Shown here one piece after another: positions 26,952 to 39,904 of a stretch of DNA of 64,000 nt; position 1 is the stretch's first letter; each line of letters starts with the position of its first letter. Source of the DNA: Takakia lepidozioides (taxonomy: Eukaryota; Plantae; Bryophyta); assembly GCA_030704615.1 (NCBI GenBank), contig CM060734.1, forward strand, positions 40,486,001-40,550,000, in the 5' to 3' direction. Position numbers and translations under genes: made by a program. The notes beneath the pieces were generated by a model, which was not told where the DNA came from, made no database searches, and saw only the letters and a program-made list of their open reading frames with translations.

Positions 26952-27141
26952 CTGATGGTAATGGATTAAGGTACTGTCCACAAACATGTAGTAAGAAAGG
27001 ACAATAGTTCTGAGTAATGCAAGCTTTCCCCAGGAGTTTGTGCGACAGACATTTAGTACAGGGCTGGCTCTTTCTTTCCCCCCCCAAATGAAAAACAACT
27101 TCACATACAGTGTGCACACTGGCAGTCACATGAGAGGATAC
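26952..27141 (-). other. U12-type (minor spliceosome) GT-AG intron
   Basis: 5' splice site GTATCCTC and branch site TACCTTAAT about 14 nt from the CAG, with no polypyrimidine tract. Splicing restores the frame PLSV|YEITHKVLQRGLP. Confidence 0.75.
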
Positions 27142-27722
27142 ACACTGAGAGGGACCTTTGAATGCTGTATGACTTCTCTTACTAATTCTGCCAGATGGTC
27201 CATATTGTGATCGTCTTTCGATTCTTGACTGAAGTCATGTGGTACATTGTCTCCACCTGCTTTCCCCCGTTCATTACCAAATAGATTTAATGTTTTCCAA
27301 TCATGTCCATCCCTCGCAAGTTCCTTCTCCAGAGATGAAGCCATTGGCAATTCGTTCTCTTGTCCACCAGATGTTGGTGCATCATCCTCTTGGTTGAAAG
27401 GCATCTGGTTCCTCTCAGCTTCCCTGTTCAAGGAATCACCAGATCCAGGCCATACAGACCCAGCCCGAATGTCTACAACTGGAATGAAGGGTGATATCAC
27501 TCACAGAAACAAATAAGAGTAGATTGACCAAAATGAGCAGTAAACTAAATCTAGCCAGTATGCATGGCAAATAGGTAGTGCATTGTCTTTCACAAACAAA
27601 CCAGCAATGATGCTGAAGCTATAGCAACATGTTGTCTGATTGATACGTGGTAGTACAAGAGAATGCTTAGTTAGACACACACACCAGTCCTTCTAGGACT
27701 CGCAACAGGTGCCATTAGCCTA

Positions 27723-28272
27723 CTTCCCTGAACTTGTTTCCAGTCTGTGACATGGGGGAGGACATCTTGGATGACCTCAAGGGTCTACCCACCTCGGCAC
27801 TAGACTGAAATTTAAACTCAGGGCAGGAAGCCTACCCTTTGAACAGCAAACAGAAGCAGAGAGGAAAGGGAGAGTGCAATTGCCGTTGTGTGGGCAATCT
27901 GAAGACAGTATTCATTTTCTGATACACTGTCCGGGGTTCTCTCACCAAAGAGACGCTCACTTCAAATCTATTAAGGGAATTGTGCCTGTACCCCTGTTTA
28001 CCAACTTTGAAAGTCTCGAGGCTGAGCCAAAAGCCCAGGCCCTCCTGAGGCCTAGTTTTTTGGCAAATCACACACAGCAGATTGCTGCTGATGTGTGAGG
28101 GATTTCTAGAGGATATCTGGAAAACCCGGATTAATTCTTTATATGGAGGTAAGTTTACTACCAACGTCAGCCCCTGACAGAGGTAGGTTCTGTCCTTTTG
28201 CCCCGCTCAAACTGGGCGTGGGGTCAATGGCCACAAGGCTACGGCAAACAACGTCTTATGAGTACAATCTCT
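27723..28272 (+). mobile_element. Second copy of the non-LTR 3' fragment, in a TAF1C-like intron
   Basis: Near-identical inverted copy of about 22705-23260 with the same 3' end GAGTACAATCTCT. Confidence 0.8.
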
Positions 28273-31200
28273 GTATTGCATGAGTACATTCACTGTGTTG
28301 CAAACTCTGACCTTGCATGGAAAAGAAGTGAGAACTGATGAATAGTAAATGAAAGACATGAGAATCAAATTCATCCAAGGAGGTAAAAATGCGAAGTAAA
28401 TGCCATGGCAAAAAAAGAAACGATCTAATGGATACATTTCAAGAAGGAGGGAAGCTTTTCGAATGTGGTTTGATAACGATTTCGGCGCCGATTCTTTCTC
28501 CCTGCATTGATAAAGAATGCCCAGTCAACATATCAGGAGGACCCACAATATCATCACATACTTCAAGCCATGGTAGTAGAAAGAACAAATCATTCATTCA
28601 TAAATTGGTAAGCATTAAAGAATATTCCACGTAACCCATAGGCTTGACAATGTAAGATGAAATGGCAATAGCCAATTCCAAAATAATGTCGCTTCAACTG
28701 TACATGGTCCTTTATCGAGGGGTTTACCAGATTTATTTGCCTCAGAAATAGTGATGCTGAGACTTGAGACTCGAGGGCGCACATTCCGTAGCTGCTCAGA
28801 TGCCTGAAACTGTTGTGCAATGACCTTGCCTGTCCCAGAAAGCTGAAATAGCGTAAAACCCCTAGGATCATCTTCTTGGGTGGTGCGACCTGAATTTCTA
28901 TCCTTGGTAACTTCAACTTTGTTTGGAATAACAACCAGGCCCACAGAGTGCTCTTCTGCTCTTGATTTTGATAGCCCTGTGCCAGCTTCACCTCTACCCT
29001 CTTTTTCTTGGAAGAAACCCATTGAAGAGTTCAATACATCCGTCCAGTTGTTGGGGATCGTCATTGGAGCGAACACCTTGGATGGCAATTGCCAGGCATA
29101 CAGCCTCTCCTCCAAGTCAAAGGCCTGTGAAGGATTCCCATAGTTAACTGGAATTGAAAGACTAGCTGGTGGGTGAGGCCCATAGCAGAAAGCACGCAGA
29201 TGTCCAGATTGAAAGGATGCAGCCAAAATGACCTTCCCTGACGTGCATAACAACCATAAGAAAACTTCCTTCCTACAAAGTGGTAAGAGTTCCAATCATA
29301 TTTCTTACAGAAGAACAGCAGCACTAAAAACTAGGAAGGATTGCTAGAGCAGTATTTGGGATGTTCATTTGAACAGCTGGCAGTTACTTCTTTGCTGATG
29401 ACTCGTGCGCATGATGTCAGGGGCACAGGTAAAGACTTTCCGAAGCTATGGAGGCATGCAGAGACACAAGCACATTTAGGGTGCGATATTATGCATTACG
29501 GAGTCGAAGAACACGATTTAATAGATTGTTGTGTTGAGTTGTTCAACCATAGTTGCTCACCGTGACATTGCAGCTGCAGCAGCTCCAGCAAGTACCACCA
29601 AGTGGACACTGCCCCAGAAACTGACAGCTAGAAAGTGAAAGCTTTTAAACTACGTAACAGCGACAGAGTTTCACTGCTGAACTATTATGACTGGGCTAGG
29701 TGGCTAACTTCCATTTGTCTATTGAGGCCATATCGAAATATCGTATTGGTCTACAACTTGTACTTTGCTACATGTCAAGATAACTGCTGTTTAGCGTTCC
29801 CCATACCAACTGTCCCCCAGTACTTTGTAGGGAAGGTAGTGGGGCATCAACGCTCTCTGAATGCTCATAACGGGAAAGCTTCAAAGGCCACTACCCACAT
29901 AGTCAGGACATCTCTAGTCAAGTGGGTTCTATCGCTAGTACATAATCCTTCACCTGATCCTGGAGACTCTTCATCAAAATTGCATGCAGGCAAGGGACAG
30001 CGAATACCTGTGGTTGAAGCCCAAGCAGATGGCTGGTGATCAACAGGACGCAACTCAGAAAGGGGGCACATGAGTAATAGGCTTGGAGGTTCAGAGGCCA
30101 TCCCATGTTTCCACTGAAAGCCATATAAGTGGGTCCCCACCCCAAATCCCATCATTAGAAATTTGGCAAGGACATGATGTCACAAACAAAGAACCAGATG
30201 TGAAGAGCGAAAACTTCACATGGGCCCACACAGTTACCTGAAGAAGTGGAGTTTGAGGTCGCCGCGTATCGCTAGAGTATCAGAGTATCAATTTCTGTTT
30301 CGTTGCTGTTGCAAATTGGTACATCCCATCATAGTCAGCTCTTGTGAACGATACAAAGTCATCTTCAGCACGTGCATTGCCAAAATAGCTTGCTGAATTA
30401 CCAGACCCTGGAACCTTTGCAACAATTGATACGTTACAACCCTGTGCAAACTCCTCATTTGCCTTAATGGCAGACCCTAACTGTAGCCGTGCACCAGGAT
30501 GCTTGTGCCTGAAGTCCACCAGTGAGACTTCCTTTGACCCTGCCACAAGTAAAGTCTTGGGGTGCCAGGCATATTCACAACGCCACCATTCAAATGCTGG
30601 CATGTCAGGCTGACAGACCACATTCTGAGTGGCTTCTGATTTGACACTGAGTGGCAATGTGCATTCTTGCGAACCAGTATGCTGCTTGGACTGAGAGGGT
30701 GACACAGCCTTCTGTCTGGGGATATTGTGTGTAAATTTGGCACACAAGTTTACGCTGGTTGTTGGGCTTTGAGGTCCAACAACCTGAATGTCAAACAAGC
30801 GTGCTTCTCCTGTTTCCAGAACCACAGCAGCTTCCCCAGGCATATGTGGGTTCCATGCCACCTGTCAGGCAGGATGTAATGTGATCATGTATCAATGTCT
30901 GCAGGGAGGGACTAATGTCCCAACTTATACTAAGAGCTTGTCAACTGCCAACAGTCTGCAATCGACTTGTGCATTCTGGCTCGTTAGAAACAGAGAAAGC
31001 CTGAAGAGAGGGGGACTTTACATGTGACAGTGGTTTATCAAAGCTGGCGACCACAGGAGAGTTGAAATGGATCTGCATGTCCTGTAAGAAGCCAGCCAGA
31101 AATCTTTGTGAATCTCACTTTTGTATTGAGCATGCTATGCTTTAAATGCCAACCAGGTCGACCCTCCAATTTCACAGGCTCACTTGGACACAATCATGCC

Positions 31201-34200
31201 ACATATTGACAAACATAAACATATTAGAAGAACCACTATGAGGGCATATGAAATGTACCAATGTATACCCCATAGAGTTCTGATACATTAATTAGAAGAT
31301 TGAGTAACTATTGGACCAGGGCGCCCAATTTCACATTGACAGAAGGCAGACAGACATCATCAAACATTTCTGTGTGCCTAGTGTTCCAAATACAAATCCA
31401 TAACAACCCTGCATCCCCAATGGGAAATAGAGGGTCAATGCATCTTGAAGGCTTCAACTTAGATTCTAATCTCGGTGGCCATTTAAATTTGCTGTAAAAA
31501 ATGCCCAATCCCCTCAATTAAAGAGCTGCCCCACCCAGCAGCTGATGCTTCAGTGCATAGAGACATGCAGGAACGAAATCATCCCCCCCAACTTTCCTTA
31601 GGAAAATGAGCAGCGTGCCCCCCCCCCCACCCCAGAAAAGAATCACCACGTATCCAGCAAGCATAGAAAGAGTTGGAATAACTCTACCTTTCAAGACTGA
31701 ATGTCACACATAACAAGTACCTCTCTCTGTGCTGTGAAAAAATGCACTGAGTATGCAGTACGTGCTGCAAACAGGCTATCGCTGTCAGAGTCCCATGGGT
31801 CCTTCCTTACTGCAGAGATCTGCCAATATTCAAAGTTTGAGTCAGTGCTCAAGGTTTGACAGCTACATATGGAGAAAGTTCCATACTCAAAGACGCCTGA
31901 ACCATTCTGGGGAAAAAGGACCCCATTTAGCCTACACTGAGCAGTCTGCATTATTTACAGGCATTTCAAAACTTCCATGCGGAAAATTAAGTCTCCCTTC
32001 CAACCGTGCCAACTACTCCCAGTCCCATCCCCCCTCCCCGCCCCTCCCCGACCCCCTCCAACCCGCTTCACTCCTCCAATCAGACTGGAGGCCATTTGAA
32101 TATGTTAATTGCTTTGCAGATCATGCCCCCCTCTCGAAAGATTTACCTGGAAAATGGGATGGCGCAAAGAAGGGGACTTCGACCACACCATCTGTGGAGG
32201 CGCCCAGGAGAGGGAAGAGTCAGCCATGTTCATGGCATCCCCATACCAACACCACCCCCCATGTGTACCTGTGGGGCAGACAATACTGCCAATTTTGTCC
32301 ATATTTTGACCAGTGGGCCAGAACAAGAGCATTTCCCCATCATTGCACTGTCAAAGACGCCCATGCATTGTAGCCCTTTAGCGATTCCATCCCATTCAGA
32401 TCAAGAAGTCACGAGTTCCAATGGCGGATTCCCCACTTGCACATGACATGGAAGATTGTGGGGCATATAAATGTACAGGCAAGTAAAAAGGATGAAATAC
32501 CTTCAAGCCTTGAAGCCGATTTACAAGGACATTGGAAAGTTTTGGAGAGCATGGCCCGCCTGAAAGCATTGTCCTCTTCCAGGTAGTCCACCAACAATGA
32601 ATCAGGCACAAATGCTTCTGCCGACATGCGACTAAACTCTTCTGCTTGCTGCAAACACAAGTCAAGCCCCAATTCTGCCTTAAAGGTACGACAAAGAGAA
32701 GTCCCGGCAAAAGTTACCAGGTGGTGCGGGTTCTTGGACCACTTTGTTTGATTCCAAAAGCCCTGTTTTTGGTTTGCATGCATTCAAATCAGTGAAGGCC
32801 TCTGTTGAAGATTACAATGCTTAGTTTCATACAGCCGGTGGCAAGGGCTCGGCTTGGCCAAAGCTTGTCCCTAGGAGCTTCTGAGAGGCTAGCAAGACAC
32901 TAACAATGGCCTGGTTGCAAAATAGGCAACAATCAAAGTGCTGAGCCTCTATTATGAGACAGTACCCTGAATTGATCATGTAGGCACAGCACATACAGTG
33001 ACTCTGCCCGAATTCACCCTCTTCTTTGTCTGCCACTTTGGTGTGAAGAGCAAGAGGCAAAAAAACTGTTTGGAACTTTTCTAAAGCAAGACTGCTACGT
33101 GCTGTGAGCGTGCAAACCAAGAGTCGTCCAAATGACCAAATACGTATAATTTCAGACAAGAAGGGGACCAACCTGATCAAGCACAATTTTTTTGAAAGAA
33201 ATAGAGTGACAGTGAGAAAAGAGGGAGGGAGTTACTGAGAAAATTTGGAAAAATACTCATGCAAGAGCTGCCGTGGGCATTCTCCACATGCCAACTGCTG
33301 TGGCTCACCCACCCGATCAACCAAAAGCCCGCCCCCCCCACTGCCTCCAGCACAAGTGATGCGCCATTTGAACAAAGCAACAACTGAAATATCCGAACGA
33401 AGTGTTCCAAGCGTAAATAAAGTGCTCTAGTACAAACTCTTTTACTAAGGCAGCCATCAGCGTGTCTGTGGCATTTATTTCACAAGGAGAAACTTAAAAT
33501 AGCTTGGAGAACAGGGCAAGAGCGCCAACAACAGCCTCCAAACTGCATAAAGTTCCTCTTACGATAGCAAGAACGCAGTCAACTAACCTAGCAAGTAGAA
33601 AACAGTTGCTGAAGACGGTGATCTCTTACATGGAAGAGCAGAGGCACCGGTAAGAAGTTGTTGGGCGGGGTAGACGGAACCCAAACACCAGGGCGCCCAA
33701 CCACCCTGCCATGGCTCCATAGCTTGCTCCTATGTCATCAGAGAAATACTTCAACCCTTTCCACTTTTCCTGTAGTCAATACAGCCCCCTGGATGGTCAT
33801 GCTCCTCAGCCAACACTTGACGACGTCACGCAGTCATAGAATTCCAGAATAAAGCGAGCGAGAGAGAGAGATTTACCGAGTTGCAATGGATGCAAGGCGC
33901 CTTGGCAGCAAGGGCAGAGAATTGCCGTGAGTAGGTCTGTGTACATTGTCTAAAGTGCAAAAAAATAATGAATAGACTTGAATTCAAAGGAAAAATTGGC
34001 TAGATGATCCCCCAGTGTCTAACCGGCTTTCAGAAGGAACACAGATGCCACAGAGAATAAACCCTAAACCTCAATGTTGTAAAACTGACGAAAAAAAGCA
34101 TTATGATTTTTTGGGTGATACAGACCAATGACAAGGGAAGATGGTGCATACACCTATCGAGACAGAGACGGGAAATCCGACGCACAGAACCTCAAGCTCT

Positions 34201-35125
34201 CAACTCGAAGTAGTCAATGAACTGTACAATTTGAGAATTGACGTGATCAACTATAGTTTTAAGTGCAAACATGCAGGGGAGTTGATAGCATCAGAAAGGC
34301 ATCCAAAACTAGCCCAATGCAAAATTCATGCGAATTTGACCTCCATGAAGGCACCCGAACAGAAACACCAGCGAGAAAGTTTTGATCTATAACCAGACAA
34401 GACCTTTTAAAATCAGGATACAAGAACCCGCTTCAGAGTCTTGGAAAATTCTGCCATCCCTCAAACAGCAAAGACCGGAATCTAAAATGGCATGCGCGTG
34501 TTGAGATCCCAGGATGGATGATTAGAAACATACAGGAAGGTGGTGTGTCGGTAGGCCACATGAAGAGAACTAAGAGACCTGTGAGACAATGGCTCGTGCT
34601 TGCATAACTTAGATGGAACGATGCCTACAAAAAAACATGTAAAAACGAGTCATGGATAAAGAAACATTCATCAACTGAAGTAAATTCGAAAAATTTCCCC
34701 CAATCTCGGCCCACCCATCAGAGTTGATCCTGCAACCATTGCTTCTCCATATTATTAGCTTTCCACAGCATGAGAACAAGTAGCCTCCATGTTCGGGGTT
34801 GCAACATTTCAGCATAGCTCACACTGAGAATGAATATGTACACACCAAGTTTTGAAAGTAGTGGTTGGTAAAAAGTTTCAATTCAAACATGCAGATACCC
34901 CCATTTTGTTGGACAGGTTTCTGCAGATGAGGACGTGAGAGGATTTGGTGGAAAGGACATGCTTACAGCCCATATATGTATATATGACGCCAACAGAAGC
35001 TAGCGTAAATAAGAGCCTCTTGCCCTTGCGGGTACTCCAGGCCTTTTGGGGGGGGCTTATCGCACGTAACTGTCAGAGCGTGGTTAACTTGCCACTTTCA
35101 ATCGTACCGTGTATTGATATGTAAT

Positions 35126-35743
35126 CTCATTTAACAATAATAGGGTCATGAATGCCCGCACATGTGGCTGCGGGTGGGCGCTCGCGTTGTGGCAAAGGGG
35201 TCGCGGAGGGTGGGAGCCAAGGCAAAGGGGTCGCGGAGGGTGGGAGCCAAGGGGTTTTGCTGGGGCCCACAATATGCACATAAAGCATTAGTTATTGCAT
35301 GGACTCACAAAAAGTGGTAGGGGGTGTGGTGATGGAGAGCAATGAATAATAGAATGTGGTGCATGCTCAAATCTTGCTAGGTTATACTCTGGAAGTAATG
35401 TGTGTTTTCAATAATATATTTTGTCGAAGGATATGCCGGTTTGCTCGAGGGTCCAGGCCGGAGGTGGGGGTATGCTTGGAAAGTCTGCCAGTCTGCCCAG
35501 TCTACTGGAGAGGTGCCAGTCCGCTCGTCGGTCTGCTTGCTTGTCCGCTAAAAGGTTGGAGTCGGTCTGTTGGAGGGTCTGCCCAGTCTGTTAAAAGGTC
35601 CGCCACGGTACATGAACAAAGACTTAGAAAAATTTCAGAATCTCGTCCACATGGTGAATGGGCGGTGGGCTTATGAGCTCACCCCAAAGGTCGTACTGGC
35701 GGAGCCCGCCCGTGCATTCATGACCATATTATTAAAAAATGAG
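35126..35743. mobile_element. Non-autonomous TIR element (MITE-like)
   Basis: About 30-bp imperfect inverted repeats CTCATTTAACAATAATAGGGTCATGAATGC / GCATTCATGACCATATTATTAAAAAATGAG. Internal 30-bp tandem duplication at 35191-35250. Confidence 0.55.
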
Positions 35744-35977
35744 AGCCGTAAGTAACAGTCAAATTTACTATATCTTTTTACTATTTTCTCATAATGATTA
35801 TGTGCTTGGCATGCGCTGGTTTAGTTAATAAAATAATATGATTTTTAATAATTTTAATTTAGGTGATAATTAAAAAGATGATAACTAAAAAGAAATAAAA
35901 AGATGATTAAAATATAAAAGGTAAACTACTAAATTTTTATAAATATAAGACATATGAATGTAGAACATTGTTTTTAC

Positions 35978-36994
35978 CCCCTAAACGACGAGCCAACCCG
36001 AATCGGGTCGGCCCGATTTTTCATCCATCCATAGCATGCACGGATGAAGTCCGATGAACGAGTGGTTTGAACAAAAAATGTAGCGCGGAATGAGCTGCAC
36101 ACGCAGATCTTTATAGCGCCCCCAACAGAGAAAAACTCAGCCATCAGGAGTTTTTTGAAGTTTGGAAATTGCAGGATTTTGGGTGGAGGGGGGAGGCCAC
36201 GGCGGTTGACCGTCGACGTTGCAAGTGGCAGCGGCCACGCAGGTGGGATTTTGCGGCGGAGGCCATGCAGGGGTTGGACTGCTTGTGAGGCCCTCCCCAA
36301 AACGCCGAGGAACACGGGGACGGCTCGAATGAGCTAGCCCTGGGAAACAATGGGAAACCTCGACGTGGCCCGGAAAACGTCGCCGGATTCAGGCGAAACT
36401 CCGGCCACCGATTACCTGACCTGGAGGAGGCCGGAAATTCCACAAAATCAATTTAGGGAATTTTTGGGAAATTCTTGGGCAAGCTTGTGTAGTTCTTGGC
36501 CTATGAGGAACTGACCGTTGGAATTCCCAATTGAAGGAGAATTTGGGGTCCCAATGGGGCCTTACCATTTCCTTTGCAAATTCTCTTTTTGGACCCCCAT
36601 TCCAGTCACATACAAAGCACCCCCCCCCCCCCCCTTCATTTTGGCAGACTGGGGTGAAATTTGGTGTGAGGGTTTGGGATTGTGCACTTCATAGGAATAC
36701 AGTACTTTTTCTCACACAGAAATTTGGGATCATGGATAATTTGCTTGGGCAAACATGAACTTTTGCTTTGTTTTTTCTATTTTCCCAAAAATGCACCATC
36801 TTCAAATGTTATAATCTCCCAAACTACACGGTGGAATCTCCCCAAATTTGGGGGGCTTGTGCATCTGGTAGGTAGAAAGAAGTTTGTACGGTTCATCCAC
36901 GTGGATGAACGTTAGTGGGCAGGTAGCCACTGACGTGTGAGGGTGGGTCCCGGAATTGTCCAAAAATCCAAAAACACCTCTCGTCCTTTAGGGG
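35978..36994. mobile_element. piggyBac-like non-autonomous element
   Basis: 15-bp TIRs CCCCTAAA(C/G)GACGAG (14/15 match), flanked by TTAC (35974-35977) and TTAA (36995-36998). Confidence 0.55.
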
Positions 36995-37199
36995 TTAAGA
37001 TCTATCTTTTCTTGTTGTTCTCATGTTTTTGTGTTTTTAGGTGGAGAGGGGATGTGGAAAGTATGGAAGATATGGCAAGTACATCCAACAAAAGAAAACG
37101 GATTTGTAAACCTTGCAATCCATTATTGAATGGTTAACACCATGAAGAACTGGGTACGGCTATATATTTCTAGGAACATACAGTGGTCAATGTAAGTTG

Positions 37200-38983
37200 T
37201 TTTTTTTTTCAGAACAAAGATTAAACATATAACAATCTCATGGGTTTAAAGATCTATCATACAACATTCAACCTTACTTTAATTCTCTAACCATTCAAAG
37301 ATTAGACATACAACAAATCTGATTCCAAGTATTTCAATCTATCTACCTCTACTTGAGCAGGTAGCCCAGTGGTTGGGTGTTTGTGCCTTGCCTGTGCATA
37401 ACCTAGGTGATCCTGGGTTCAATCCTTCAACATGTGCCTTCAGACCGTCCATTGGGCCATCTCCACTCCCCAAGGTCGAAGTGCAGGAGATGCAGTGGGG
37501 CCATCAAAAACCAGAGAAAGAAAGGGCTGACATGATTGCCGTTTGCAGCAGAAGGATTAATTTCCCCCGATTTCATGCAAACAATTCTGATGGCATAGAG
37601 GGAATCTTCTGGAACGCAAGAGAGGACCGGAGAGTGAAGATAACCAGCGGGATCTAATTTAAACAGCTAGCCCCGAAGAGAGAGACCAACCCGAGCCATG
37701 GCAAACAAGGCATACTTATGAGTCGGGTTGTCCCACCCCAGCCAAGCAGGGAGAGATCTAAGGTTACAGGGGAGGGAGCATAAAGAGATCCAAGAAGGAG
37801 GTAAATCCTTTGTAACCAGATCCCAACTTGCTGAAATCCTGCGAGATGACAACACATTGGAAACCATTCCCCGGGGGATTAGAGATCCACCTTTCCACAG
37901 GTGCGTGAAATTTGATACACCAGCAGCCTCCCATTGCGCCCACCGAGCTGAAAATTTTATGAGGGCCTCGGAGTCACGGTTATAATTCCAAAAGAGAGGC
38001 TGTCTGAGGGCTTACTCCAGTGATGTAGGCATAATCTGAGAAAGGTGGTGACACAGAGAGGTCCAGGCAGTCCAAATGGATCTCCAAGCTTTGGAGCCAA
38101 GGAGGGTTTTGTCATTTGTCGGGCTACCCTGCACCACCCACCTCGCTGAAGGTGGCCAGACAGTGTGGGGAGAGGGGGTGGCTTTAAAAATGTGTTGCCT
38201 TACTAGCAGACTCCAGGGAGCAGAGGGATGAGAGAAAACCCTGGGGACCCACTTAGCTAGGAGGGCACAAATTTGCTTGCTTGGGTCAATGATACCGAGT
38301 CCCCCATTTTTCTTTGATTGGGTGATTTGGTCCCAGCTCACTAGAGCTCTCCTATTTTGAGAGGGATCAGTAGCCCCCATATGAAGTTTCTAACCATGGA
38401 TTTTATCTGCTTAATCACTGTCGTACCAAGTGACCAGACCGAAGAGTTAAACCAACAACAGGCCAGAAGTACTTGGTTGGCCACAATTGCTTTGCCTGCA
38501 ATAGAAAGGATCACGGAGCTCCTGTTTTCTTAGCCTGGAATGCACTGATTCAGCTCTTTTGAGATCATCGAGATCGTGTCATATTAGATGACCAAGGAGA
38601 ACATGTGACTGTCCATCTTGCAACCAGGTGAGACCAAGATCATCTCCCCATTGTTGACAATGCGAAGAGGTAGAATTACGATCCACACGAGACAGTATCC
38701 TTTTGGATTTGGCCCAGTTGACCTTCAGACCCGAAGCTGTGCAAAAGGTATTGAGAGTCGAGAGCATATTGTTAACATTCACAGAAGAGTTATTATCTAG
38801 CAACAAGACCGTGTCTTCTGCAAAAAAAGATGATTTTATGGAATCGCAGGAAGGGATAGGGTGGGGGATTTTGAGGCCAACTATGTCTTGTCTCTTGTGA
38901 AGCAGATGGTTGATACCATCCGCCGCAATGAGGAAGAGAAAAGGAGAGAGAAGGCATCCTTGTCTGACAGAGCGAAAGAGTTG
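37200..38983 (-). mobile_element. L1/Tx1-like LINE 3' portion (C-terminal RT, ORF2 tail, poly(A))
   Basis: RSVRQGCLLSPFLF, FAEDT, ASGLKVNWAKS, LVSWDQITQSKKNGGLGI..LLAKW. T-run at about 37200-37209 is a minus-strand poly(A). Confidence 0.85.
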
Positions 38984-39124
38984 TGTCGTGCGCATACATA
39001 TCGCTACATAACTACATCGTTGTCCAAAACCACACAACACACTAGTATACCACTAGTCCAACCACTAGTCCAACCACTAGGCTGCCACTATGCTACCCAC
39101 TATGGCAGTCACTAGTCCACAATA
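38984..39124 (-). repeat. Terminal repeat segment A, outer copy (element 3' terminus ...GCACGACA)
   Basis: Homologous to 39453-39644; contains CACTAGTCCAAC subrepeats. Confidence 0.85.
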
Positions 39125-39142
39125 ATGATAAAGAAGAAGAAT

Positions 39143-39450
39143 ACAAGCACAAGCTCATGCGAGCTCACAAAGCTGAAGCATAAACTCATGCATATATTAA
39201 ATTATCACTCAAATACAAGTCAAGCCAAGTGCACCCCACGCCATGGGGAATCCACACTACGGCGCCATAGCTAGGCGCGGTGAGGCTCAACTCGAGAAAG
39301 ATAAGCTCTCGCGCTTGCCGTGAAGATAACCACTCCAAGGCCTAAATCTGCCTTGACCCCTGGATTGACACTTGGGCCAATCCCAAATGTCATATGTAAA
39401 AACTAGCTATTTCCTAGCTAGTTTCACACTAGTGATGAAATAACTTGACA
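39143..39450 (-). repeat. Terminal repeat segment B, inner copy
   Basis: Roughly 90% identical by eye to 62055-62364; starts TGTCAAG on the minus strand. Confidence 0.9.
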
Positions 39451-39452
39451 GC

Positions 39453-39644
39453 TGTCGTGCGCATACATATAATCGTCACACAACTACATCGCTATCCAAA
39501 ACCCACCAACACATGTGCACACCACACACTAGTATACCACTAGTCCACCACTAGTCGAATCACTAGTCCAACCATTAGGCTGCTACTAGTCAGTCACTAG
39601 GCTGCCACTATGCTGCCCACTATGGCAGTCATTAGTCCACCACA
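39453..39644 (-). repeat. Terminal repeat segment A, inner copy (follows the PPT)
   Basis: Begins TGTGGTGG directly after the PPT and ends GCACGACA. Confidence 0.85.
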
Positions 39645-39655
39645 ATCGCCCCCCT
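39645..39655 (-). promoter_or_regulatory. Polypurine tract
   Basis: Minus strand AGGGGGGCGAT immediately before the TG of segment A. Confidence 0.7.
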
Positions 39656-39904
39656 AGCTGGTGCTTAGGTCCCTCTAAGTCCAGGTAGCCACAAGATGCG
39701 ATAGTGACCGTAGCCTCACTAAGTCCTCCACTAGTGTCCCTACTACACTCAAACTCGGTAGATCAAGAGGCCGGGTGCAAGAGTAGCCCCATCATTAGTT
39801 GTCGTCTTGCAACCTGTGAACTTGAGTCTGGGATCTCGTGTATTGACTCTTATGAGCTTGGCCATCCATGTCTTGTTAGCTGTCATTGGTCATATCCACT
39901 GCCA

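Larger units (their letters stand above)
25284..33720 (-). pseudogene. TAF1C: TAF1C/Rrn6-like (RNA polymerase I TBP-associated factor subunit C) gene, multi-exon, with apparent lesions
   Basis: Motifs in plant TAF1C order: WAPWCLGSVY (probable start 33720), NRLQ, LLFWPTGQNMDKIG, VAWNPHMPGEAAVVLETG, CEYAWHPKTLLVAG, DTRRPQTPLLQWKHG, FCYGP..YAWQLPS, GFTLFQLSGTGK, PLSVYEI, VPLPFLL, DLCPVHL, LQSQFKQWQHSF (last exon 25284-25396). In-frame TGA at 30280-30282 and a probable frameshift at about 32570. The 5' exons are uncertain. Confidence 0.7.

Noticed and set aside
37358-37440. tRNA/SINE-like A box (TAGCCCAGTGG) and B box (GGTTCAATCC)
   Set aside because: No cloverleaf, tail or TSD. It lies antisense within the LINE ORF2 C-terminal region and may be coincidental.
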